From Octopus sinensis (Eukaryota), in contig NC_042999.1 in the NCBI RefSeq assembly GCF_006345805.1, positions 21,824,001 to 21,888,000 of the forward strand: a stretch of 64,000 nucleotides of DNA, read 5' to 3'. Positions 14,369 to 27,594 of this stretch are shown piece after piece. A program made the position numbers and the translations under genes. Positions within the stretch are counted from its first letter, which is position 1, and each line of letters opens with the position of its first letter. The notes below the pieces were generated by a model that did no database searches, was not told where the DNA came from, and was given only the letters and a program-made list of their open reading frames with translations.

Positions 14369-14499
14369 CACGTTAAAAGTGTTGTCCAGAAGTCGGAACA
14401 CCAGTGGTATATTCGTTTCTATATTTCTAGCATCTCCGATACTTCTGTTATGGACAGCCACATATTTTCTAATGATCGTTTGTTCCTTCTCCAGCCATG

Positions 14500-14757
14500 C
14501 CTGGCACATAAGGACCGGTCTCCCGGTTTCATTGGCGTATAGGTTCCGCACCTGGGGGACGCCGGTCCGTCTCAGGTGAGTTGCTAGATGCAGAAGGAAA
14601 AGGTGAGAGAAAGAGTCAGCAGAAGTTCGCCATTACCTTCTGCCGGAGCCACGTGGAGGTGAGCTGTTTCGTTCATAAACAAACACATGACCCGGTCTGA
14701 GATTCGAACCCGTGCTCCCTCGACTGCGAGTCCGCTGTTCTAATCACTATGTCATGT
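14500..14757 (-). mobile_element. S3-headed SINE, degenerate
   Basis: Reverse complement of the S3 head (GCGAGTCCGCTG..CTAATCACT) with a distinct tail. Confidence 0.7.
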
Positions 14758-14835
14758 GTTATTTTGATCAATCTTTCCCGCAGTGACCCCTAGCTGCCAA
14801 TACTGCTCCTCATGAGTCCTCTAATTTTCATACTA

Positions 14836-14976
14836 TTAGGTTGTCCCAAAAGTTCGTAAACACTTGCGAAAATTGAATTTTTACTCGCCAAGTACTAACA
14901 AAAACAACAAAAATTATTCCTCAAAATAAAGACCATTATTTTCCAAGACTTTCTACGAACTTTTGGGACAACCTTA
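14836..14976. mobile_element. Mariner-type MITE (141 bp)
   Basis: TIRs TTAGGTTGTCCCAAAAGTTCGTA / TACGAACTTTTGGGACAACCTTA, TA on both sides. Confidence 0.85.
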
Positions 14977-15844
14977 TATTAGTGTTACATTTATAGAATC
15001 ATTTGCGCTTTAGATATTTTCTGTCGGAGGGGATTTCTTTTGTTTTTCATAGATTCTCTGGCGTTTTACACATTTATGGATTATTTTTTATTTAAAAAGG
15101 ATCACTTTGACTATTTCTTTGATTTCAGATACGTTTATTATTATTTTTTTTCGTTAAGTTATATTTAGTCGTTATTTCTCTTTTCTACTCTTTTTCTTTC
15201 TTTTCAATTCTGTTGTCTTCCTATTGATCTCATAAAGAATTAATAACATTCATTCAACTATTTTCAATTTTTCTCTGTGTTTATTTTCCATGCTGTTCGA
15301 TTGGGCTTTAATACTCCCATCTGAAGGGGGACCCACTTGTCTTTGTAAACAAAAAGGCTGATACATATGTTATTTCATTTAGCCTGGTAATATCAATGAT
15401 TGTATCTGGGATAATCAAGTTTGTGGTTTTTATTTATTTTAGCAGTTTCCATCGTTGAGTTTTATATTTGCTGAGAACTGCTTTGACGATCGTCATTGGT
15501 GGGGATATAATATAGTACTAATAATACACTGAGAGGATTAAAGTAACTGCCTGCTCTCCTAGCTAATGTTTCATACTCGAGCTTATCTATTAAGGCAGCG
15601 AATGGGCGATAAAATTGGAAGATTATTCGACAAAAACTCTTTCTGATATTTCATTGTTTCTCTTTACGTTCTGAGTTGGAATCGCGTTTAATTTAAACAA
15701 TAACTTTCTATGTCGACGAAACCAAATATTATTATCATAGTATCCTTGTAACTTTCTATGTTGACAAAAATAAATATTATTATTATCGAAATTTGAGAAA
15801 TCAGAGATTTTGCTTGGTTGATTGAGTGACATGTTGAATCTGCT

Positions 15845-15989
15845 GGTTCCGGGTTCAGTCCCACTGCGTGGCACCTTGGGCAAGCGTCTTCTACTATAGC
15901 CTCGGGTCGACCTAATCCTTGTGAATGGATTTGGTAGACGGAAACTGAAAGAAGCCTGTCGTAAATATGTGTATATATGTGTATATATG

Positions 15990-16022
<33 letters not shown>

Positions 16023-16376
16023 CTGTGTTTTTCCCCCAGCAACATCGCTTAACTATCGATGCTGGTTTGTTTACGTCTGATAATGGCAGGCTTAATGGCA
16101 AAATCAAGCGGCGTAATACGAATTTCAAACATATACTCTTTTACTCTTTTCCTTGTTTCAGTCATTTGACTGCGGCCATGCTAGAGCACCGCCTTTAGTC
16201 GAGCAAATCGACTCCAGGACTTATTCTTTGTTAGCCTAGTACATATTCTATCGGTCTCTCTTGCCGAACCGCTACGTTACGTGGAGACAAACACACCAGC
16301 ATTGGTTGTCAAGCGATGCTAGAGGAACAAACACAGACACAGAAACATACACACACACACACACACACACAGACAG

Positions 16377-16432
<56 letters not shown>

Positions 16433-16591
16433 GACGGGCTTCTTTCAGTTTCCGTCTACCAAATTCATTCACAAGGCTTTGGTCGACCCGAGGCTATAGT
16501 AGAAGACACCCAAGGTGCCACGCAATGGGACTGCCACCCGGAACCATGTGGTTGGTAAGCAAGCTACTTACCACATAGCGACTCCTGCGCC
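15845..16591. mobile_element. Two S2 SINEs in opposite orientation
   Basis: S2 body (CACCTTGGGCAAG..CTACTATAGCCTCGGG, internal (TA)n(TG)n) on + at 15845-16080 and on - at 16135-16591. Confidence 0.85.
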
Positions 16592-16604
16592 TATATATTA
16601 GATT

Positions 16605-16667
<63 letters not shown>

Positions 16668-18139
16668 GGATTTTCTTTTCCATTCTACATGGTGTATAAA
16701 AGTCAGACGTCTCCCCAAGCAAGTTTCATGGGATTGCTTATTTCGGCAAACGACCTAACCCTGATTTGGATATACCAGATTTCTTCTTACCAATCGTAAT
16801 TATAAGTAACCTGACAACACATTTCAATACTAGTATTAGTATCATGGTATCTCTTCGGCCAAGTTTTTTTATTTACTTATGCCACATTATTAGCTACAAA
16901 GTTTATAATTTTTCACCAAGCAAATCTTTAGCACTTTTGAACATAATTCTGAAGTAGAAAAATCAGAGATTATTTTTCTTGGTTGATTATAAAGCAGACA
17001 TTGCGAATAAAAGATTCTACAAGTTTCGACTGATTGTGAGTTATGGGGAATTGAATAAGTTAATAAACCGTTTAGTGAATCGAACTTTTTTATTATCAGA
17101 TATAATCTTTGATATTAGTATGAAATTTCCCTTAAATTCTATCGTCAGTCTTTATGCCGTGTAAAGAAAAATTTGCTTATGGAAAAAAAAATCATTTGAT
17201 ACCAAATGTTCTCTTTCATCCCTTTATTCCTTCTCTTAATATGTTAGTTATAGTTACTAGGTGAGATTTAATATTATTAGTAACTCAGCTAAATGACCGC
17301 ACTTTCGTTTTGGCTACTTTATCAAACAGTCTCTTGTTGTCATTTTAACGTGATGTGCACAGTATGATTAACAAAATGAAGTAGGTTTATACTGGTATGT
17401 GTGTATATAGGCATGTATGAATGTATGCATGCAAGCAGCTATAAATGGATGAATGGCTAAATATATGTGTCGCTAGATTACGAATATTCTAAGCACTTTT
17501 TAGTGTGTTTATGAATGTATGGATATATGAGTATACATCTTGTGTGCGTGCATGTGATTTATGAGTAAATTCCGCTAACTATCAGTAAACTATAATTAAC
17601 ATGACTCATGTTGAAGAGATTAAATAAAAGTCAAAGCTTTTTTAATCAGGAAGCGTTTTTCCCTCCTTCATTCTGTTGTTTATCTCGTTTTTGATTTGCT
17701 ATGTATTGGTGTCACAAGGATAAGCTGTTGGCTTTAACAACTAAAACCTTTCCTTGATTAATTTACATCCTCGATTAGGCCGACAGAGTTTACACAGAGA
17801 GTTTCTAACAAGATTATATTTTCTTTTACAATTAGTTACATTTTATTATTATTTTCTCTAAAGTTCGTTCGCCAGACATGACAGAGTTCTTGTGTTGGTG
17901 TGTAAATATTTATAAGCCAGTCGATTGGTACCTTGTGGGATGCGATTTAAGATGTGTATGTGTGATGTCACAGCGCTGTATCTCTTATTGGAGTAGGACC
18001 CCATTGTGTCTCTTAGTTGAGTTTCTTTTAGGATCTGTAATCGATGGGAATGAAATATTTTCCGGGCCTAAATAGTAGATCAAGCCATTTGAATACAATA
18101 ATAAGTCTCTGAACGAGGTATAAACGTTAGCTGCACGAC

Positions 18140-18518
18140 AATGTGAAGTATATTTGCCACTTAAATGTGGCTAACCACTAAGGGTGGGTGTTACTGTAGC
18201 TTGTAGACACAGGAGAACATCATCTCCAGCTGGCTATTGACCACTGGAAAAAGGATATATGCATTTACATTGGGACCCCTTCGCATCGAAGACCGGAGAT
18301 TGTCGTCCGCTGATGACAGGTAAATACACAGAAACCCGGGTCCGTGCGCATCACGTCAGGCCGATGATGGGAAGGATGGCTTCCCTTTGCAAATACTGAT
18401 AGGGCACAGAAAGTGTGTCAATAGCCAGCTGGAGAAGATGTTCTCCTGGGGCTAAAAGCTACAGTAGCATCCACCCTTAGTGGTTAGCCACATTTAAGTG
18501 GCAAATATACTTCACATT
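18140..18518 (+). mobile_element. PLE-type element: about 100-bp inverted arms around a hammerhead-like motif
   Basis: Arms 18140-18241 / 18417-18518; CTGATGA 18310-16, GAAA CCCGG GTC 18331-42 (palindromic stem III); stems I and II decayed. Confidence 0.7.
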
Positions 18519-18819
18519 TGTATACAGTTTAAACCATTTTACTACGTAGGTTTGACAGAAAATAATAAGGCATTCATGATTATTAACATTGTAGCGTTTT
18601 GGAACATTTATGACTGTTAATTCAGATAAGAAAGTATTTGTAATGTTCCTTTCATGTTATGGATCACAATATTGCAGTGTTATATTTATGAACTTAATGC
18701 ATTATTATATAAATTAGTGTTTCTCAATTATTTTTTTCTATGGGACCCATTTGATTCCTTTTTAACTCTACTGGACTCCAATATCAAAAACAAAAGCACT
18801 AATATATTTTTATAATTAA

Positions 18820-19220
18820 GGCGTAGGAGTGTCTGTGTGGTAAGTAGCTTGCTTACGAACCACATGGTTCCGGTTTCAGTCCCACTGCATTGCACCTTGG
18901 GTGAGTGTTTTCTACTATAGCCTCGGGCCGACCAAAGCCTTGTGAGTGGACTATTTAGTAGACGGAAACTGAAAGAAACCTGTCATATATATGTATGTAT
19001 ATATGTATGTATGTATGTGTGTGTATATGTTTGTGTGTCTGTGTTTGTCCCCTTCAACATCGCTTGACGACCGATGCTAGTGTGTTTACCTCCACGTAAC
19101 CTGGCGGTTCGGCAAGAGAGACCGATAGAATAAGTACTAGGCTTACAAATAATAAATCCTTGGGTCGATTTGCTCGACTAAAGGTGGTGCTCCAGCATGG
19201 CCACAGTCAAATGACTGAAA
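18820..19220 (+). mobile_element. S2 SINE, full length
   Basis: GGCGTAGGAGTG.CTGTGTGGTAAGTAGCTTGCTT head through CAGTCAAATGACTGAAA tail. Confidence 0.92.
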
Positions 19221-20479
19221 TAAATCCTTTCTCAATAAATGTCCGTACACTAACATAATGTCTGTTTTCTTTCTCCATGGATTAAAAAAGTATTATATAT
19301 AGTGTATTTGATAAATAGTATACTTAATATGTATGATTCAAATTTAGTGCTCCGAGTCGTGAATAAAATTATTTCGACCAAGCTTATATCGCTGTAAGAC
19401 GATACAACAAGCTTATTTTCATAACGTTTGTAAACAAGAAAAATAAATCTAAATATTTCTATAGTTATCAAATTTCATCTTTGGTAAATTTCTAAGAAGA
19501 AAAGTACAAATCATTTGTCCCGGTTCTCTATCACTCACTGTATAATATTTATGTAGAATTAATTTTGTTGCCATCCATAGTATTTAGAGTTATCGTCTCA
19601 CCACTGAATGCATCGTGTTCGTTACGGTACGTGATACAGGAATGCGGCGAGCTTCAAAATCGTTGGCACGTCGGACTAAATACTTAGCGGTATTTCTTCA
19701 AGTTCTTTACAGGAGTTCAAATCTTGCCGAGGTCACCTTTAAGCTCAATAAAATAAAGCAACAGTCAAGTCGTGGAGACGGTATAACAGGCTTGCCCTCT
19801 CCCTTTCCCACACCTTAAAACTACCAGTCTAGGACACAGCGACGGACTGAAGCTAAATTTTGTAACTCTAATTAAAAGTGTTTATACACGCATACACACA
19901 CATAATAAATATACTAATTATAAATTTATTATTTATACTGTCTTCCTCATTAAGTGTTCAGCAATATTTGGCGAACAAAATATTACTTGCAAGATGTACC
20001 TCCAAATAAATATCCGACCGTAGTCATATAGTTACATAACGAAGTCACATCACATAAGCTCTCGAGAGTCTGTGGCTGTTTCGCAATCAGTTATTTTTCA
20101 TTGGATTCGATGCCAGCGCTTCACAAAATTATTTCTATTGAAGAGAGAAACTTAGTTGTGTTGTTGATTAAATTGAAGTTTTCCAGACTAATCAACTCAT
20201 CTTTGTCGAGAATATTTCCATTATTTAAGTTTTGACCTATCTATCTATTCGTGGTCGACAGAGAGTGTTATCCATCAGGATATGTATTTAATACTAAGCT
20301 CTACTCTAAGTACAATTTTTCTTATTTAAAGTGAATGAAGCAATAGCCCTTTTTGGTTAGGTCACAGCAATGTCCTTAAGAACCCAGCAATAGCAATGCT
20401 CTTAACCAACAGACTGATGGATTTACTATTATTATTAATATTATTATTACTATTCTCACATCTAATTTGGAATCCACGA

Positions 20480-21960
20480 ATAATGATCGTTGATTAGACT
20501 GAGTAAAATATATTGAAGAACTTAAGACTGTGTAAAGTATGCCGAGAAAATGATATTCTGGAAAGATTATAAAATTAAATTTTGCAATATTATTAACCTG
20601 AAAACATTAATTGTTGTATCTGTTAAGAGGAATCATAATCCTCGAATGCACTTCTGATTGTAAGAGATTCAGATATGTTTGAATATTTGGTCTTAGAACT
20701 ATTTAATTTCTTTTATAAAAGAAATCTACATTCACTACCATGGTGATTATGTAAAGAATAAGTATTTTCGTGTGTGATGATGGATCCATACCCTCTTTTG
20801 TAGTGGATCTACTTAAGTAAATTCACATAATGTTAAACATTCTGGGTATCCTTGTCTGGTCTAAAACTAGAGCAAGGGGTGTATGTATTTAATTGTTCTG
20901 GGTTTGGAAGGACAGTAAATAGTGTTTAATCAGGGTATGATAAGTTGGGCATAGTAACAATATGAAAGTAGATTGTTGAATGCAATTTAAAATATGTTAT
21001 GATGTAGGGTTGACAGAAGGTAGACCGAATTATTGCAACTTCATTCCCTTGAAGGATTCCATAGTCTAGCACACATTGTTGTATATTTCCTTTGTATAGT
21101 GAGTCAAAAGCTCTAGCGAAGTCCACGAATAACCGAACAGCAAAAATAGTCTTTGCTGAAACACTTCTTTATAATTTGTATGATTGTTAATATTCTTTTC
21201 TACTCTATATACAAGACCCGAAAATTTATTTTGGTCGGGGTGGGGGGAGTCGATTAGATCAACCCCGGTATACAACAAGTATTTAATTTATCGACCTCGA
21301 AAGGATGAAAGCGAAAGTCTACCTCGGCAGAATTCGAACTCAGAACGTAAAGATGGACGAAATATCGCTAAGCATTTCGCCCAGCGTGCTAAATTTTCTG
21401 CCAGCTTCCGAGTTCGATTCCAGGCAGAGACCTGAATAACCCAAGTGTCTAATGTGATCAATTTGTTGGGGTTTTTTTAAAATTTCGTTGCCTCGTTTCC
21501 AATCTACTAATGAGTTATTTTGTACTTTATCCTTATTTGCTATTGTTACGCTTTGAAGAATTCCTATTTTTCTGAAGGGCTGCTTTCTTGATAGTAGCGA
21601 ATTTGTCAGTGCCAGTTTCCAAGATGCTCCATCCCTCGATTTTGAATGAGCAGCAGAATGCAAATTTCTATATGCAGCTTCCATTTTCTGTTTAAATCTC
21701 TGCAAATCTAATTTATATCTTGATGACGAACTGGTCATACATTTCCTCATTGTTATTCCGCGTAGTCCAGTAATATTGTCTATTGAGATTGCGATTGATT
21801 TGGGGTTTATTGGCAGGCAGGTTAGGACACCCGTTAACGGACACGATTCGATAACCAGAAGGAATTTCTGAAAGCCGCTGTGAGCTTCCAAGTTCATCAT
21901 GTTGTTAATCCACTTTAGGTTGATGAATAAGAAATGAAGATTTGCTTTTGTGCCATTCGA
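20480..21960 (-). mobile_element. RTE-like LINE remnant (endonuclease and RT fragments), interrupted
   Basis: RT motif DFARAFDSL..DYGI (20926-21126); APE-like remnants YKLDL, GWSIL, IGIL in 21440-21900. Confidence 0.55.
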
Positions 21961-22871
21961 GCGAGCGTATATCCATAATTTACTTCCGTTTTTCTGAACA
22001 TTCGCAATTCTGCATAATAGTTCGTTTTCTCAAACAAAATTCTATGATGTTAGTAGCGGCACTAACTTGAAAATAATACAAATGAAACTCGATAGCCTCC
22101 ATATGAAATGTTATTTAAGTCCATATTACAACGTTTGATCTGTTTTTCGATACTCTACGATCACTGCACTGAAAACTAAGCTTATAAGTGTCTTCACGTA
22201 TTATTAAATGATTTATTACCTGACATTACTAGTTCACTCTTTCATTTGTAGCTATTTCAGAATGTAGTTGCGACTAAAATTTATACCATAATTGCCAGGG
22301 TTACTGAAGTTGAACTTCATAAATATCTTGATATTCGCTGAGCTGATCTTACTTGGAACCTCCTATCCACACATACATAGAATGACGCACAGAGATATAC
22401 ACACACACGTTCCTTACATATGTATGTATATATTCACATTCACACACTAATTTACAATATCTATCTCTCTTTCGCAGAATGAATTATGCTATCAAATGTA
22501 AACTACATTCAAATTGAGTTCCTGAAATGCTTATCGAAATTCATTCTTAACATAATATTCAATATCCAATAATATGCAATGCAATATTTAGCTTCATCAT
22601 GGATGATTATAGTATATTCTATACATGATATAATAATATATCATCCAAAATATTTTATTGTATAATACGCCATTAGCAATAGGGAACGTGCTATGATGGT
22701 AGATAATATTCACACAACTCGAGTGGATAAAATGATATCAATGTGGCTCCCATAGAAACAATCTTTGAGAACACGAGATCGAAAATCCTCGCAGAAAACA
22801 TTTCTTATTTTCATATATTTTGAATTTTTTAATTGAAATTCATGAATTTTATGAAAGACATCTATGATACC

Positions 22872-23090
22872 GTTCTATATTTAAGAGATGAGGAATTATG
22901 TGCATTATTTACATTATTTATGTTATTTACATTTGACCCAGGTTCGAAATTTCCCCAAGACACCTGATGAAGGCTGGAGGATATATCAACCGAAAGGTTG
23001 TGTTAACAACAAACAAGATAAGGACAAATATCCGTCAAATGTAAATAATGTAAATAAGGTACATAATTCCCCATCTCTTAAATATAAAAC
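22872..23090 (+). mobile_element. Family A hammerhead element with inverted 3' end
   Basis: GACAC CTGATGA A GGCTG..CAACC GAAA GGTT GTGTT at 22959-23004; 22872-22937 is the inverse of 23034-23090. Confidence 0.8.
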
Positions 23091-24157
23091 TGAAACATAG
23101 CATATTTCGTTTTTGTATTTGGTTTGCAAATGTTTTGTTCTCAACTTTTGTCTTGAAACGTATTCTGTTATGTCCGGAGAGGGTCGTTGCCTCAATGATA
23201 AACACACGCACTGGTTCATTTTCACTAGTTTATACATTTTATTAGTGAATTTAATCAATTAGCTAATCGAATTTTTAATTAATCGTTCTGTCAATCAATC
23301 GATGAAAAAAGTATGTCAATGTCCTTTCGTTGCAAATCGCCACTTCATCAATTGGACATCCTATATACTACAGGTCTGCCTCAGGCTAATTAAAACCGGT
23401 TCATACATATCTACCCGTTCTTAAATAAATTATACACCCAACCAAATCCCCATGAACTCAAAAAAGAGAACAACAATTCGAATAACCGAATAGCAAAAAT
23501 AGTCTTTGCTGAAACACTTCTTTATAATTTGTATGGTAGTTAATATTCTTTTCTACTCTATACACAAGACCCGAAAATTTATTTTGGTCGGGGGCAGTCG
23601 ATTAGATCAACCCCGGTATACAAGTACTAAATTTATCGACCTCGAAAGGATGAAAGCAAAAGTCTACCGTGGCAGAATTCGAACTCAGAACGTAAAGATG
23701 GACGAAATATCGAAATATCGCTAAGCATATTTTCACAAATATTCATCACACATACAAAACATGCAAACAACATAAATGTCAGACTCATGCCAGACTTATG
23801 CCTGGGCGGAATTTGATCTTAGATCGTAAAGACAAGAGAAATACTGCTAAGCATTTCGGCCGGAGTGCTACCGTTTCAGCCAGTTCTTCGCCTTTATTAA
23901 CCCATATAATAACTTCGTAATGCCGCTAATTCTTTCATCTTTTGAAATGTTTAACTGAGGAAGGTTTGCGTTATCTATGCTTTGCCTATTACATGTTACA
24001 CAAACCTGAAAGATACGTATTAAATGCTTTTCAAAATATCACTATTTGATTTGACTTCATTAGTAACACACACACATACACACACACACATACACACACA
24101 CATGCACACACACACACAGTCACACATATACATATGTATATATACATATACATACAT

Positions 24158-24192
<35 letters not shown>

Positions 24193-24195
<3 letters not shown>

Positions 24196-24467
24196 TTAAG
24201 AGCTCCCAAATAAGGAAGCCTAGTGCTAGGGACGCAAAAAGGGATAAATTCATCGAAGACGAAAATAAAAAACATCTAATGGTAAATGTTTTTGATTTTC
24301 ACTGTTGATGAATTTATCCCTTTTTGTGTCCCTAGCACTAGGCTTCCTTCTTTGGGTGCCCTTAATTATATTTCTATATGAATAATATATTGTCTAATGA
24401 CTAATTCGTCTTTTGTGCAAGGCCACTGGTAATAATAATCTATGTTATTACCCTTTTTGATTATATC

Positions 24468-24470
<3 letters not shown>
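24193..24470 (+). mobile_element. Inverted-repeat plus tail cassette in (AT)n
   Basis: Imperfect hairpin about 24195-24365, then tail with GGCCACTGGT and a terminal hairpin. Confidence 0.7.
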
Positions 24471-24520
<50 letters not shown>

Positions 24521-24812
24521 ATAGTAGAGGGAAACCACTATGTGGACACCCTTATGCTAGAAATAGATCCGCTATGGTCTTACCACTAAGAAATGTTCTC
24601 AAATTTTTCTTCAGAACATTTCTTAGTGTTAAGACCATAGCGAATCTATTTCTAACATAAGGGTGACCGCATAGTGGTTTCCCTCTAATATGTATATAAT
24701 ATCAATTTTACTGAACCTTCAGTTTTTTTATATGGTAGACCACTGGTGTGAAATCGATGTTAATTAAATTAATATCTAATTTCTCACTCTCATTTAAAAT
24801 TTAAATCTCTCT
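24521..24812 (+). mobile_element. Inverted-repeat plus tail cassette in (AT)n
   Basis: Hairpin about 24524-24689, then tail with AGACCACTGGT and a terminal hairpin. Confidence 0.7.
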
Positions 24813-24847
24813 CTATATATATATATTTATATATATATATGCAATAT

Positions 24848-25254
24848 CATATGTGGCAATTAGTCGGTTGCCATAATAAGACTCCGAGTTTCGGATATCG
24901 GGGCGGAAATCTGCTCCGGCATCTCGTCAGTTATTAAGACAAACAAAAATGCTATGACAATAACCGCTAAACAAAGGGAAATTACTTTGAAGATGATCTT
25001 ATTAAGACTTAGCTTCTTTATTTGTCTTAATAACGGTCATCTTCTTAGTAATTTCCCTTTGTTTAACGGTCGTTTTCATAACATTTTTGTTTGTCTTAAT
25101 AACCGACAAGATGCCGGAGCAGATTTCCACTCAGACATCAGAAACTCGGAATTTTATTATGGCAACCGAATAATTGTCACATATTATGTTACAGATAAAT
25201 CCCTCTATTTATACAATAGCGAGGTCGCATTCATTATTTTGTTGTCATACTATT

Positions 25255-25255
<1 letters not shown>
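24848..25255 (+). mobile_element. Inverted pair of hammerhead-bearing pLTR-like arms plus tail
   Basis: About 165-bp arms (24848-25185); near-intact hammerhead on the minus strand at 24874-24936, decayed copy on + at 25097-25159. Confidence 0.8.
24874..24936 (-). ncRNA. Type I hammerhead ribozyme motif
   Basis: TAATAA CTGACGA GATGCCGG..CCGATATC C GAAA CTCGGA GTC TTATTA: perfect 6-bp stem I, canonical core, GUC triplet. Confidence 0.8.
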
Positions 25256-25320
<65 letters not shown>

Positions 25321-25437
25321 TATATAAGCAAGGAAAAATTGTAAAAATGCAGAATGCTAAATTGAAAGAAAATTTTAATGTAAATGGGTGTATGGAAGAA
25401 GTTTTTGAAAAATTGATAAAATATATAAATATATATT

Positions 25438-25479
25438 AATTCAAACCGGTTTTCGTCATAATGTGACTCTTCAAGCATT
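25438..25479 (-). ncRNA. Minimal hammerhead-like motif
   Basis: AATGC TTGAAGA GTCA-CATTA-TGAC GAAA ACCGGTTT GAATT; perfect stem II, palindromic stem III, C3U change. Confidence 0.6.
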
Positions 25480-25661
25480 GTAAAGGAAATAATTTTTTTT
25501 AAAGTGAGAAAGGGGAAAAAAGAAAATTGCATTGTTTTTTGCAAATAAATAATGATAAATATGTACAAAAATTTAAAAATAAGTACTCTGATACATTGTG
25601 AAGTCTTTGTGTATCTTGAGTTTAATGATTGTTCACGAAAAAACTACCTTGAATATATATA

Positions 25662-25739
<78 letters not shown>

Positions 25740-25857
25740 AATAAATTAGAGATAAAACCACTATTAGGCAAATCAAACAATGAAAAACATAAGCCAATAC
25801 ATAAAATTAATTTAATTTATATTATTTTATTTTATTTTAAATATATATATATATATC

Positions 25858-25976
25858 AGGTACACAGAAATCTAGATGGTTTTATATTTACAGATTTTTA
25901 TTAATATGTCAGATGTTTTTACAAATCATATTAATAAAATCTGTAAATATATAGCTATCCAGATTTCTGAGTACCT
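25858..25976. repeat. Imperfect inverted repeat adjoining (AT)n
   Basis: AGGTACACAGAAATCT..TTTACAGATTTTTATTAATATG / CATATTAATAAAATCTGTAAA..AGATTTCTGAGTACCT. Confidence 0.75.
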
Positions 25977-26484
25977 TATTTCTTCTAATATATAATACCT
26001 GTACATCACCTCCAAACCTTCTAATATATATATCCCTCTAAAATAATTACAAGCAGACAGAAGTTATGATATAGCTCTCTCTTTTCCACGTCCCTTAATA
26101 GTTATTTATTCGAGTTCTCTTCTTTGAAATGCAGTATTTCTCCATTTTTCTTTTTCATTCGTTCTTTTTATATAAAATATAATATTACAATGCCATTTAT
26201 AAAACAATAAATTATTTATAAATTGTATGTATAAGAAAATTATTTGTATGTATTAGAATATAAACCTTCTGCGTTATCCTTAGTTATCTTATAGATTCTC
26301 AAAATATATCCAGTATATATTTTTTCCCATAGAAAATAACTGATAGAAGAAAATATATGCATGAATTACCTGATATAATTTTATTTGAATGCATAGCAAC
26401 TGTGTCAAAGTTAAATTCAAAGGACAACCCGATAAAAGGGATACGTGACAATTGCTATATCCCTTTTATTGTGTTATATATATT

Positions 26485-26710
26485 GGGCGAGCTGGCAGAA
26501 ACGTTAGCAGGCCGGACGAAATGCGTAGCCGTATTTTGTCTGCCGTTAAGTTCTGAGTTCAAATTCCGCCGAGGTCGACTTTGCCTTTCATCCTTTCGGG
26601 GGTCGATAAATTAAGTACCAATTACGCACTCGGGTCGATATAATCGACTTAATACTTTGTCCTTGTTTGTCCCCTCTATGTTTAGCCTCTTGTGGGTAAT
26701 AAAGAAATAT
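26485..26710 (+). mobile_element. S1 SINE
   Basis: GGCGAGCTGGCAGAAACGTTAGC head plus S1 body. Confidence 0.92.
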
Positions 26711-26891
26711 ATATTATTTACCTCCTCCATACGCGAAATATCTTCCGTACGGTAAAGTCGTTCCGTATGCATGCGGGTTTGTTTTCCATTTTTTAAATAT
26801 TTCCTTCAGTCATGACTCATAACGCCGGTTATTCGGTTTCCATGGAATACAAGCGATCGGGATAACAACATACCTTCTGAAGGGGATGGTG

Positions 26892-27389
26892 GGATCTTTA
26901 CCCTTTGAACGGCAGATCGAGAAATTAGCTTTTTGTAATTAAACACTTTCAAACTTCGTACACTAGTAGAATGTGTCATATAAAACACCTTTTACTCTTA
27001 GTGTTGTTGAGAAAAACCCTAACCCTAACCCTAACCCTAAAACCGTAACCCTAACGCTAAGACACTAACCCTAAAACCTTAAAGCGAAAACCAGTACAAA
27101 CGCACGAACGATGTCATAAATAACAGTGACAAGCAAAATATACACCGCCAGTTGTTGTTGACAAGCAACAGCAGTAATTTTATTCAGCTGAATACACGTC
27201 ATTGATTGGTTGAAATTACGGAAATATGACAAATTTAGCACGAAATAACTTTGAATATATAAACTTTTCTCAACAACACTAAGAGTAAAAGATGTTTTAT
27301 ATGACACATTCTACCAGTGTCCGAATTTTGAAAGTTTTTAGTTACAAAAAGATTAATTTCTCAATCTGCCGGTCAAAGGGAAACGATCC
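26892..27389. mobile_element. Mutator-like MITE with about 125-bp TIRs and internal (CCCTAA)n
   Basis: GGATC..GATCC ends, long TIRs, flanks GGATGGTG / GGATGATG, telomeric repeats 27015-27072. Confidence 0.8.
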
Positions 27390-27594
27390 GGATGATGCTC
27401 ACCTGCAGGGTCCATAGCCAATAATTTCGTGGGGTGAGGACAAGTCGATTACATTGATGCCAGTAACTGACTAGGACATTATTCTAGCAACACCAAGGGA
27501 GTGAAAGGGAAATTGATCACGGTAGAAATTGAACTCAGAGCGTAAAGAACTAGAATAGCGCTCAGCATTTTGTTCGTGCTAAAGATTTTTATTT

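Noticed and set aside
21340-21900. 186-aa ORF as a host gene
   Set aside because: Better explained as a frameshifted LINE endonuclease remnant running into a SINE.
27015-27072. Chromosome end or fusion scar
   Set aside because: The telomeric units sit inside a TIR-bounded MITE family.
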